A DNA stretch of 64,000 bases, from the sequence record SRR31156797_5854. The stretch is one strand, 5' to 3'. The translations under genes and the position numbers were made by a program. This document shows positions 39,825 to 49,690 of this stretch, piece by piece; position 1 is the first letter of the stretch, and the number at the start of each line of letters is the position of its first letter. The notes under the pieces were generated by a model that saw nothing but the letters and a program-made list of their open reading frames with translations, ran no database searches and had not been told where the DNA came from.

Positions 39825-40886
39825 TTAATTTTCATAAATCTTTTTATACTGATTAGCCATAACATTGATATTGTAAGTACTCATAATGTCTTCATGTGCT
39901 TTTTCAGCTAGCGTACAACAGTCGCTAGATATTACCTTATCTAAAGCAATACAATATTGTTCAAAACTATCACATAAAAATCCATTTCCCTCGTTTCTTA
40001 TCACATCCCTATTTCCAACTGTATTGCTCACAATACATACTTTCTTCATATACATGGCTTCTAATAACGCAATAGGAAGACCTTCCCATAATGATGTTAA
40101 TAGAAAGTTTTCTGCCTGTTTCATGTATTTTATTACTTCTTTGCGGGTAATCCAGCCTGTTATGGTTATATTATCTGAAGTCAGCTTATCCTTCATATTA
40201 CCTGAACCAATCCATAAGAACTGATGCTGAGGATAATTTTCTGCGAGTTTATTAAATAGTTCTGGATTTTTCTGCATACATATTCTTCCAGATGTAGCAA
40301 CCAGATATTTAGTATCTGATATCCCATTATTTTCTTGAATCAAAGCTGCTAACTCGTCAGTATCTATACCATTACTGATATATTCTGCATTATTATTAAA
40401 TGATATTGTCTCCTCGTGCTCTCCCTTACTGCAGGAAATGGTTGTACTATTGTTGAATGCACATAGCTTTTCTATGCTTTTATAAATAAAACGCTTTGCG
40501 GCACTTTGGTCTTCCATAAGAAAGCTGTAGCCATGAGGGGTATAAAATAGTTTTGCTTTACTTTTTCGAAAAGCTATACGTCCAATCACACCTGCCTTTG
40601 TTGAGTGTAAATGTATTATATCTGGATTAACTTGCTTTGCTGTCTTTTTTATTTCATTAAATGCTTTTAAATCTTTTATAGGATTAACAGCTCTCAATAA
40701 ACTCTCTATATAAATAAAATTAATTCGTTGATCAAAGTAATCTTCAAAATTATCTGGTGTTTCAGATCGTATAGAATAAACAATATATATATCGTAATCA
40801 TCAACCAGTTTGCTGGTCAAATCTACCATGTAAGTGAATACTCCCCCAGCAAAAGCTTCAACAACGTACAATAACTTTTTTAGCAT
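39825..40886 (-). CDS. GT4 glycosyltransferase
   Basis: GGVFTY, HLHSTKAG, YTPHG, GRICMQKN and SLWEGLPIALLEAM (EX7E). Confidence 0.9.
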   Translation of the reverse strand: MLKKLLYVVEAFAGGVFTYMVDLTSKLVDDYDIYIVYSIRSETPDNFEDYFDQRINFIYIESLLRAVNPIKDLKAFNEIKKTAKQVNPDIIHLHSTKAGVIGRIAFRKSKAKLFYTPHGYSFLMEDQSAAKRFIYKSIEKLCAFNNSTTISCSKGEHEETISFNNNAEYISNGIDTDELAALIQENNGISDTKYLVATSGRICMQKNPELFNKLAENYPQHQFLWIGSGNMKDKLTSDNITITGWITRKEVIKYMKQAENFLLTSLWEGLPIALLEAMYMKKVCIVSNTVGNRDVIRNEGNGFLCDSFEQYCIALDKVISSDCCTLAEKAHEDIMSTYNINVMANQYKKIYEN

Positions 40887-40962
40887 TTTATAAACCTTTC
40901 TATTTCTCACATAACAATCATACAATTGCATTTACGCTTAACGATGTTACATTAAAGCAAGT

Positions 40963-42507
40963 TCAGTAGAAATCATTATGAATGTTTAATTTAGTTTTAA
41001 TAAAATTCTTACAGTAATTAAAAAGCTTCCTAGGACCAAACACAACTGAGAAATGAATAATCATCCCCAGAACCATAAATAATATAGCTGTAGCTATTAA
41101 CTCAATCCATGTAACTGGTACAATTAAACTAGCTAAGAGAATAAATACCAGTAACATCAAGAGAAGTGATAATATATGTAACAATAAAGGCTTGTAGATG
41201 ATCCATGGTCTTATTTGCAAACAATACGACATATATAATGGATTTGTTACCCCTTCAATAATTAACATTATTACTGCAGTTGTCAAAACAACCGAATATA
41301 TCCCAAGAGTTGTATATGTAATCAAGATATACATGCCCAGCACATTTAAAATACCACCTGCTATTGTAATAAGACATGGTACTTTGTTTTTGACTGTCAT
41401 TATATAGATATAAAACAATGGGTAGACTGCTCCCTCTAGTACACCGCTTAAAATGCTAATAGAAGTTAACTGATAGACCAGCACTATATCTTGCTCTGGT
41501 ATCCATAGCTTATAATAAATAAGCCCTAATGATATAAATCCAGAGAAAGCTAAATTTGAAATCAAACCAGATATTTTCATAGAAGAAACAAGCTGTTTCT
41601 GTAGAGTATTCATATCTTTTTGCGCATAGCTTTTTAGAAATAATGGTTGGAATGGTGTAGATACCATTATGTACAATCCATTGAATATAGAGACTATCGA
41701 CTTAGCAATGGATATCTGTCCAGTTGCTAAAGGTGTTAACATCAAGTTACTAACTAATAAATCTAAACCTGTATTTAAAACATTACCAAGACTATTCAAA
41801 GAATTCCATATACCATTGAATACTAAATACTTTACTATTTGATTTGAATAAAGGATAATATTAAGTCTTAATTTTGGCGTGTATTTTTTGGTTATATACA
41901 CATTAGACAGCGAAAATAAAATCGTAGCCATACACAACCCAATTCCAACATAGTACATTTTAGGCGTAAACAATGTATATAAGCATATTAATATCATTCC
42001 TTCTAAAATATATGATAGCCCTCGGAATATATTTACAATATCTAATTTGTTCTTTATATACGATGCTGCCTGAAATGCAGTTCCAGAAGTAGTAATAAAA
42101 AGATTAATAAACACAAGAATAAATAAAAATTTAACATCTGATACGAAGTCTTCAGGTATTACCAAAATATTTTTTATAACTATAGAAAATATAACAGCCA
42201 ATATCAATATTATTACCCCTAGAATCAAATCAGCAAAAAAAACCGTATTAAAATACACATTGGCTTTTTCATAATCCTCTTGGTGATAAGCAACAGATAT
42301 AAATCGTGAAGCATATGAATTTAGAGCTATTGTAATAATGGCAGCATATGTTGCAAAAGTTTTCGCTAATGTAATATACCCATATGCTTCAGTTCCCATA
42401 TTCTTTGTAATATATCGAGTAAGAAAAAAGTTAATAAAGTAATTAACTATAAAGGCAATACCAGTTATTATTATAACTTTAGATAGCTTTTTAATATTTT
42501 TACTCAT
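40963..42507 (-). CDS. wzx: Oligosaccharide flippase (Wzx, MOP superfamily)
   Basis: 514-aa highly hydrophobic multi-TM protein with MGTEAYG, SRFIS and GLDLLVSN, located in a polysaccharide operon. Confidence 0.8.
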   Translation of the reverse strand: MSKNIKKLSKVIIITGIAFIVNYFINFFLTRYITKNMGTEAYGYITLAKTFATYAAIITIALNSYASRFISVAYHQEDYEKANVYFNTVFFADLILGVIILILAVIFSIVIKNILVIPEDFVSDVKFLFILVFINLFITTSGTAFQAASYIKNKLDIVNIFRGLSYILEGMILICLYTLFTPKMYYVGIGLCMATILFSLSNVYITKKYTPKLRLNIILYSNQIVKYLVFNGIWNSLNSLGNVLNTGLDLLVSNLMLTPLATGQISIAKSIVSIFNGLYIMVSTPFQPLFLKSYAQKDMNTLQKQLVSSMKISGLISNLAFSGFISLGLIYYKLWIPEQDIVLVYQLTSISILSGVLEGAVYPLFYIYIMTVKNKVPCLITIAGGILNVLGMYILITYTTLGIYSVVLTTAVIMLIIEGVTNPLYMSYCLQIRPWIIYKPLLLHILSLLLMLLVFILLASLIVPVTWIELIATAILFMVLGMIIHFSVVFGPRKLFNYCKNFIKTKLNIHNDFY

Positions 42508-42510
42508 CTA

Positions 42511-43839
42511 TTAAAGCGACTCCTTCTGATCCTTCTCCATTCTACATATTGCTAGCAAAACCCAAGCAATTGGTGTAAAGCCTGTACCATTAGCAAACTG
42601 AAAAACCCACATTGCCAGCAGAGCTATAGCCAGACCTTTTTTTCTAAGTGATAAGTTATTAAAATATAAACGATAAATGTTTGAACCTACAAAATATACA
42701 TATGCAATAAACCCAAATGGTCCAGTCTCTAAGAGAACTTTGATAAAATAATTAAATGTTGCATAACTATTCCCTATAGCTTGTAGTACTCCAGAAGACA
42801 TATTATATCCAATTCCCAGTGGGTATTCTAAATACAATCGCAATCCATCAAGCATAAAGTTCAGCCTTGTTGTATTAGTTTTATCAGTTATATTAGCACC
42901 ACTAATACTCTCATTGAAACCAATAACAAGCTTAGAGAAATCAACGCTTTTATTCTTCAATACTACAACCAAGATAATTGAAATTGTAACTATTGAAATA
43001 ATCAGTAATCTCATTACTTTGTATGAGGTCAGCTTTGGTTTCTTTTTCGGTATACGTTTCGCTGTTATTACAAAAATGAATAAAGATAGTATATAAATAA
43101 CTAAATTCCCGGATTTTGAAATAATGATTAGTGCAGACAATGTAAGAATAATAAGATTTGCAAATACTGTATTGCGCTTATTATGAGATAGTCTAATTAA
43201 CACAATTATAGTCATTGTAGCGATAAAATATGAACATTCCAAAAATAATCCCAATGCACGATATTCATAAATAAGCCATTTAGTAACATTACTAAAAACA
43301 CCAGTTTGTGCGACATCCCACGGAATAGATATATAAAACGCATTCTGTGGAAAAACTGAATAAAGCGTAAAATAACTTCCGCTTTTAAACGCAAAGTACT
43401 GAATTAGACTTATAATTAAGTTTAATATTAATCCATGCCATAAACCCGTTAGCAGTGCATTTCTATAATCCTCCATAGATAATACGCTGTAATATACACA
43501 TAACGATAATCCCAATGATATCAAACCATTAAAAAAGCTTATGTACCGTATATTATCATTTTGTATTAATAATATTACCAAATAGACTATAGATATTATT
43601 ATAGAAAAAAGATATAGTTTTAAACCAAACTCTGTGTTTTTTATTCTGCTAACTATTTTAGCAGGTTGAGTAATAAATATTGCAGCACAAATAATAAAAG
43701 CTAATACCAGCTCAATATTAATGTAAGTATTACTTATTTTGAACGCATATATAATACCCTGCGTAGCAAATAACCCTATTAGGTAAGCTCCACCGGATCT
43801 CGTTAGTGAAAAATAATCCTTATTAAGTCTAATAATCAA
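42511..43839 (-). CDS. wzy: Probable polysaccharide polymerase (Wzy)
   Basis: Multi-TM protein with RALGLFLECS, a large loop followed by PLGIGY and LLETG; adjacent to wzx. Confidence 0.7.
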   Translation of the reverse strand: MIIRLNKDYFSLTRSGGAYLIGLFATQGIIYAFKISNTYINIELVLAFIICAAIFITQPAKIVSRIKNTEFGLKLYLFSIIISIVYLVILLIQNDNIRYISFFNGLISLGLSLCVYYSVLSMEDYRNALLTGLWHGLILNLIISLIQYFAFKSGSYFTLYSVFPQNAFYISIPWDVAQTGVFSNVTKWLIYEYRALGLFLECSYFIATMTIIVLIRLSHNKRNTVFANLIILTLSALIIISKSGNLVIYILSLFIFVITAKRIPKKKPKLTSYKVMRLLIISIVTISIILVVVLKNKSVDFSKLVIGFNESISGANITDKTNTTRLNFMLDGLRLYLEYPLGIGYNMSSGVLQAIGNSYATFNYFIKVLLETGPFGFIAYVYFVGSNIYRLYFNNLSLRKKGLAIALLAMWVFQFANGTGFTPIAWVLLAICRMEKDQKESL

Positions 43840-43948
43840 AATATAATTCCTCTATTCATTCACTAAGTTATATACCTTTCATTTTCAATAAATATCTTCA
43901 AATATACCGCGTATGGTGTCATAAAAACAAACGTAAATTTTATACTTA

Positions 43949-45013
43949 TCATTCTAGTAATCTTTTTATATTAGTATTAAAATCCAAATATTCATCCGAG
44001 TAGTTTTTTGAATTAACAGACATCCTCTTACAATACATATCATCATCAATATATGTTAATGCAGCAGTCAAATCATTCTCATCTTTACAAATACAACCAT
44101 TCACCCTGTCCTCAACGAACTCAGTCAATCCCGGTAAATCTGATACTATTACAGGTTTTGAAAAATGATATCCCATTGCAAGGACACCGCTTTGTGAAGC
44201 TTCAATATAAGGTAGTATGATACACCTTGCATTTTCAAACAAATACAACATTTCATCATCTTCAATAAATCTATTTATTAAATTCACTCTGTTTAAATCT
44301 TTATTTATTAAACGCTGTTCCTCATCTGTCAAAGCTCCTTTGCCTGCTATTACTAACTTTCGTATTCCGTGATATTGCTTATACGCACGTAACAGTCCTG
44401 CTACATTCTTGTACTTTTCGATTGTACCGAAGAACATAAAATAATCATTTTGAACGTGTAAATCAAGTGGTTTCCTTGCATCTGTTTCCGGAACATGTGC
44501 CCCCAGGCGTAATAATTTCAGTTTGCTGCTAAAGATAGGATATTTACTTTTAAATATATTCAAACTTGAGTTAGACATTAATACAATGTTCATGCATTTT
44601 TTGAATGCTCTTTTTCGCAAAATGCCAAAAAATAAATATCTAAGCACTCTGCGTATACCGAAATAATAGGTATGAGGTTTTGAATCATGAACAAAAAAAC
44701 TACATTTATTATTACTGCCAAGTCTACAAGCTAATAAAAGAGATACTAATGTTTCATCGCATAGCCATACCTGTTCAGGCTTTTGACTGTGTATTTTTCT
44801 TACCAACACAAATGTTGTTTTTATTTTTCCATAAAATGAATCAGGTAAATCATACTGTATAATATTGCCTTCATGCATTTCATTAAATGATATTTTATTT
44901 GATACAGGTATATAAAGGTTTGCCACCCTGCCCGCCTCTATAATGCTCTTGTGCACTTGAATTGTAAATTGAGGCATACCTCCCTGCTTTACAGTAGTTA
45001 TGCAAATTATCAT
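43949..45013 (-). CDS. GT4 glycosyltransferase
   Basis: FVHDSKPH, FFGTIEKYKNV, LPYIEASQSGV and PVIVSDLPG. Confidence 0.88.
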   Translation of the reverse strand: MIICITTVKQGGMPQFTIQVHKSIIEAGRVANLYIPVSNKISFNEMHEGNIIQYDLPDSFYGKIKTTFVLVRKIHSQKPEQVWLCDETLVSLLLACRLGSNNKCSFFVHDSKPHTYYFGIRRVLRYLFFGILRKRAFKKCMNIVLMSNSSLNIFKSKYPIFSSKLKLLRLGAHVPETDARKPLDLHVQNDYFMFFGTIEKYKNVAGLLRAYKQYHGIRKLVIAGKGALTDEEQRLINKDLNRVNLINRFIEDDEMLYLFENARCIILPYIEASQSGVLAMGYHFSKPVIVSDLPGLTEFVEDRVNGCICKDENDLTAALTYIDDDMYCKRMSVNSKNYSDEYLDFNTNIKRLLE

Positions 45014-45061
45014 CTTATACCAACTTTCTATTAAATGCTAAATTTCAGTAAATATATTTTT

Positions 45062-46195
45062 CTATTCTAATACAATTCTCTCATAGTATTCTTGAAGCTT
45101 AATGCTTTCTATACCTATATCGTATCCACTTTGTATAAGTTTTTCTGTTGTTGACACACGAGTGGTTTTATTAATGATTTCGATAATTTTATTTGCCCAA
45201 ATAACGTAAGACTTGTCTAGCCCCATATATTCACTGCTATCAATCAATTTGGCTTCTTTTGAAATAGTATCTGCAAAAAGGCAAGGTAAAGCTGCTGCTT
45301 GCGCTTCAACTGCTGAAACTGGTAAACCTTCAAATAATGAGGTCATAACAAAAATATCCATAGCTTGAAGTAATTCAGCTATGTCTGTTCTATATCCCAA
45401 AAAAAGCACTTTATCCTTAATCTGTAATTCAGTAGCCTGCTTCTTCAATTCACCTTCTAATTCACCTGCTCCTACTAAAAGTAAAACAGCAGAGCTATCT
45501 ATTTTTATACATTCTTTAAATACATTTAGCAAAAAATTATGATTCTTCTGTCGTGTTAAGCGTCCTACATTTCCAATCACTTTGTTATTGCATAAATCCA
45601 ATTTTTTTCGCATTTCTTCTCTTATTCGATCATTAAAATAATAAGTACCTATGTTTATACCGTTATGTATAACTTTTATTCTGCCTTGATCATATTTTTC
45701 TTGTCCAAAAAGAAAAATACCAGCTTCTGAAGAACAGGCAAAAAAGTCTGTAGTTATTTTACGAACCCCATTTCTCAATATTCCAGCCATTAAATTGGCA
45801 AACTTATTTGGCTTTACAAACTGAGTTGCATGTGAATGCAAAATCCTATGTTTAATACCATATTTTTTTGCATATTTTATAACAAAATATGTTTTTGATG
45901 AGCCATGTGCATGCAAAATATCATAATCATGATGTTTACGAAAAAAAGTATCAACATCATAAAAACTTTTGAAAAAAGTTTTCACACTTACAAAAGTACT
46001 AATAAAATATACTTTACCTCCATATCGTTCAAATCTCTCAATAAAGTTGTCTTTTCTCACATGTCGATATGTTAATAAGTCAACCTGTATTCTACTATTA
46101 TCGAAATGTTCTAACCATTGCATAATCATTTCTTGTATACCCCCGCCATTAGCTATACTATCCGTAAAATAAAGTATTTTTAGTTTTAACCCCAT
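45062..46195 (-). CDS. GT4 glycosyltransferase (EpsF/Cap1E-like)
   Basis: GGIQE, ILHSH, IHNGI, VGRLTRQKNH and SLFEGLPVSAVEAQA. Confidence 0.9.
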   Translation of the reverse strand: MGLKLKILYFTDSIANGGGIQEMIMQWLEHFDNSRIQVDLLTYRHVRKDNFIERFERYGGKVYFISTFVSVKTFFKSFYDVDTFFRKHHDYDILHAHGSSKTYFVIKYAKKYGIKHRILHSHATQFVKPNKFANLMAGILRNGVRKITTDFFACSSEAGIFLFGQEKYDQGRIKVIHNGINIGTYYFNDRIREEMRKKLDLCNNKVIGNVGRLTRQKNHNFLLNVFKECIKIDSSAVLLLVGAGELEGELKKQATELQIKDKVLFLGYRTDIAELLQAMDIFVMTSLFEGLPVSAVEAQAAALPCLFADTISKEAKLIDSSEYMGLDKSYVIWANKIIEIINKTTRVSTTEKLIQSGYDIGIESIKLQEYYERIVLE

Positions 46196-46236
46196 ATCAG
46201 CATAAACTCCTTTATAGATATTCTATTCATATGCGC

Positions 46237-47514
46237 TTACTCTTTTGGAAAGCGCACTTCGACAATCTCCATGTCAGTATCAGCTGTTACTGTATGCTTG
46301 TGTCCCTCTTTAATTGTTATAACACTACCTGCACAAAAAAGTTTTTTTGATTCATTAACAATGACTTCTCCTCTGCCACAAACTACCGTCAAGATTTTTT
46401 TACAATACTCATTACTGAGATAGCTCATCTGTTTTCCAGCTCTTATAAAAACCTTTACCGATATATAACTTGGCTGAGCATCCATTACAGTATATGTTCC
46501 CCACGATTTTTCTTCGAACATTACCTCGCTGCTTATACTTGAGACATAAGGTTTTAAATATTCACTACGTTCTTTATCCGACACTAGGATACCGTCATTG
46601 CAAGCAACAATCACCATATGTTTGCATCCCATGCCGATTATGGGAATATTTAGCTCGTTAATAATCTGTGTATCGATACACTCATTATCCATGGTTGCCT
46701 TCCCTTTTATATTATCTGCCATGACATCAGTCATCATATTCCATGTGCCAACATCTTTCCAGTCACCATCAAAACGAATAACACTTATACTTGATTCTTT
46801 TTCAACAACTGCATAGTCAAAGCTGATTTTTTCCAGCGTTGCATATTTATCATATAGATCTTTATAATCATTAAATGAAATTATCTGGTGTGCAATATCC
46901 AGAAGGTACTTCAATTTAAAAGCAAATACACCGCAGTTCCATAACGCCCCCTCTTCAATATACTTAATAGCAGCAGCCTCATCAGGCTTTTCCTTAAATT
47001 CCTTCACCTTGGATACATTGCCAATACTCTCAGGTATAATATATCCATACTTTTCACTTGGATATGTGGGCACTACCCCCATAAGATTTAAATTGTACTC
47101 ACCCTTTTTCGCAAGTATATAGGCCTTATTTATATTGTCAATATAATCTTCACTTACGTATGAATCAACAGGACATACCAGCACAGCTTCATCCGTGTTC
47201 ATTTTTTGATTGTCCACTAAATGTGCTGCTGCCAATGCTATAGCAGGAAATGTATCACGCCTATATGGTTCAATACAGATTGATACATTATCATCTAATT
47301 GGTTTTGGATACAGCTTACTTGAGCTTTGTTTGTAGCCACTGTGATATTAGCATTTTCATCAACTGATTTTATCTGCCTGTATATTCTCTGAATCATTGA
47401 CTCGTAATCACCGGTATTATTCTTTAACATTCGTATAAACTGTTTAGATCTTATATCGTTTGATAGTGGCCATAACCTCTTTCCACTGCCGCCAGATAAC
47501 AAAATAATATTCAT
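46237..47514 (-). CDS. Mannose-1-phosphate guanylyltransferase with C-terminal cupin domain
   Basis: LSGGSGKRLWPLS, SKQF, EP.RRDT, YGYI, FKEKP, WNCG, SFDYAVVEK and WKDVGTW. Confidence 0.9.
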   Translation of the reverse strand: MNIILLSGGSGKRLWPLSNDIRSKQFIRMLKNNTGDYESMIQRIYRQIKSVDENANITVATNKAQVSCIQNQLDDNVSICIEPYRRDTFPAIALAAAHLVDNQKMNTDEAVLVCPVDSYVSEDYIDNINKAYILAKKGEYNLNLMGVVPTYPSEKYGYIIPESIGNVSKVKEFKEKPDEAAAIKYIEEGALWNCGVFAFKLKYLLDIAHQIISFNDYKDLYDKYATLEKISFDYAVVEKESSISVIRFDGDWKDVGTWNMMTDVMADNIKGKATMDNECIDTQIINELNIPIIGMGCKHMVIVACNDGILVSDKERSEYLKPYVSSISSEVMFEEKSWGTYTVMDAQPSYISVKVFIRAGKQMSYLSNEYCKKILTVVCGRGEVIVNESKKLFCAGSVITIKEGHKHTVTADTDMEIVEVRFPKE

Positions 47515-47675
47515 ATAAACACTCCATTTATTATCAAAAATAGCCCCTGCATCAATTCTGAAATCAAAAAACCTTACAATATCCTATTTATCTTTAGTTA
47601 TAAAATATGCCGGTTTATTAATTTCACTATTACTTAAACAAAATAAAACACCAAATATCCAGTCTTATAATTTAC

Positions 47676-48287
47676 TTAAAAACTATGTAAATACTCTTTA
47701 ACTCTAACCCCATCTCGTTTTACAATAACAGCTGGATTCCCTACAACTGTACTATTACTAGGTATATTTTTTACTACTACTGAATTTGCTCCTACTATAG
47801 AGTTTTTACCTATTGTCACATTCCCAATAACTTTTGCTCCAGAAGCAATAGTCACATTATCTTCAATAGTTGGACAATCGGATTTGTTTGAAAAGCCAAT
47901 TGTTACCTGTTGGTTAATCCAACAATTCCTGCCGATTCTACTAGCACTGATAACTGTGCTGAATCCATGCTGAATAAATAGTCCTCCTCCTATTTCTTGT
48001 GTGTAAATGAATAATGTTTTTTCTCTCGGATACAAGAACCCAATTAAATATTTTTTATTCTTCACTCTATGATAAAATAAATTTCTATATTCTTTAAAAT
48101 ACAAGAGCAGCCAATTCAAATAAAGCCAATTAGGAAAACTTAATTCTTCTAAGCTGTAGCAAGTGACCCATCTGTCAATATCAGCATCAATTATATTTTT
48201 ATTTGAATCTAGCAAGTAAACTAATATAGCTGGTAATCCTCTAAAAATATTCATGATACACCACACTATTTTTAATTTTAATTTCAT
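47676..48287 (-). CDS. Left-handed beta-helix O-acetyltransferase (CysE/WcaB-like), probably for polysaccharide
   Basis: IGGGLFIQHG, IGRNCWINQQVTIG and VGANSVVVKNIP..STVVGNPA hexapeptide repeats. Confidence 0.85.
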   Translation of the reverse strand: MKLKLKIVWCIMNIFRGLPAILVYLLDSNKNIIDADIDRWVTCYSLEELSFPNWLYLNWLLLYFKEYRNLFYHRVKNKKYLIGFLYPREKTLFIYTQEIGGGLFIQHGFSTVISASRIGRNCWINQQVTIGFSNKSDCPTIEDNVTIASGAKVIGNVTIGKNSIVGANSVVVKNIPSNSTVVGNPAVIVKRDGVRVKEYLHSF

Positions 48288-48497
48288 ATAATACCACTCC
48301 TAAATTACCTGAAATATAAAACGATTATTGTATATGTATTTGTCAGCACTTAATTCTTTGCATTACTTTCCCATAGCTCCGCCCCATCACCTAGCAAAAA
48401 ACTGCGCAACTAGAGCAAACCTATAAACCTAATCACACTAAACACGCCATAGGCGATGATTTGATCAACTAGATTATTAAACAAAGAGTAAATAAAT

Positions 48498-49010
48498 TTA
48501 CACCTTACCTATACACTCTGCACTCAAGACTATCTCACGTTTTTGACCTCCAAAGTCAACCTCAACCCAGATATGTCTTTTATGCTTGTCTACTTTCTTG
48601 ATTAGTCCGATGTTATCTGCTAAAGGTCCTGAAATAATATTCACTTCCTTGCTTTCTTGTATATACTTGGATGTTTCTATCTTTCCGTGATTGTCATATA
48701 TCCATTTTGCATAGTCTAAATCTCTGCCTGCAAGTTCTCTTTGTCAATCACTATATTGCAGAGAACGATATGCACCACTTGATTTAGCATAATTACCGAT
48801 TTCGATAATTTCGTTTGAATATACAAACACATAATTTGGTATAAGGCTTACCAGCTTCTCGCACCACTTGCCTTGCCTCTTTTCAGTAATAATTTTAGTA
48901 GGAGCAATAGCAACTGTATCACCTTTGATACTATGTGAATTAATAATATGTGCCACTTTGCTTTCTGTGTCTTTTTTGCAAAATAAGCAATATATGTTTT
49001 TTATTATCAT
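48498..49010 (-). pseudogene. LoaP/UpxY-type NusG-family antiterminator interrupted by an in-frame TGA at 48744-48746
   Basis: NGN-like N-terminal half (IYCLFCKKDTE, LIPNYVFV) continues in the same frame after TGA into a KOW-like domain (VNIISGPLADNIGLIKKVDKHKRHIWVEVDFGG) ending at TAA 48498-48500. 171 codons in total. Confidence 0.82.
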
Positions 49011-49690
49011 TATTTTACTTTCCAGAATACTCCAGAATTGTAACACATTATTTATAATTATGCAAATTCTTATATTTGTCATTATTTGAATGACTCAGGA
49101 AGAACTATACAGGTTAAGTGTATAAAGCAATTAACATAAATGTTAATTAATTGTAATTTACTAGTGCAATTATATATATTAAAAATATACAATAAATATG
49201 CATTAAAAATAAAGGGATTATAAAAAGGAATAATATATTTGTTTGTATTATTTTAGATTAAGCTGCTTTAGTTTGTTGGAAATATGTTTAATATTTCTAT
49301 ACTATTCAAATCTCTTTTTAATCACGCAAAATATTGTCCGAGATTTCATATTTTTTTCATAATTTTTTCGATATGTATAAATTGATTTTTAGTCTTAAAC
49401 AATAGTTGGTCTATTAAAAATCTCTAAGGTGTAACTGTATATATTATGGAACTATCGGCAAATAACTATGATAGTTATTTTAACTACATCTTCACCTAAT
49501 CAATATATCCATTTTAATGCTCTCATATTCGCTTGCAAATTATAAATATTCATGACATAATATGAATGTATATAGTTATGTAAAAATATTACATTTATCT
49601 TGTAATCATGACAATACATATTTAGTCTAAAGCGTATTAAGTAGAATTATAAATATAAAATTGAAAAACTAGTATAGTTAGGAGAAAAGT

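Noticed and set aside
48715-48746. Selenocysteine reading of the TGA in the antiterminator gene (downstream TTGCAGG recalls the E. coli fdhF SECIS)
   Set aside because: The downstream sequence forms only a very weak stem, NusG paralogues are not known selenoproteins, and nothing suggests a catalytic Cys at this position.
48744-48746. Genome-wide TGA recoding (code 4 or 25)
   Set aside because: TGA terminates well-defined genes in this window (murF, ispA) and no other gene shows internal TGA codons.
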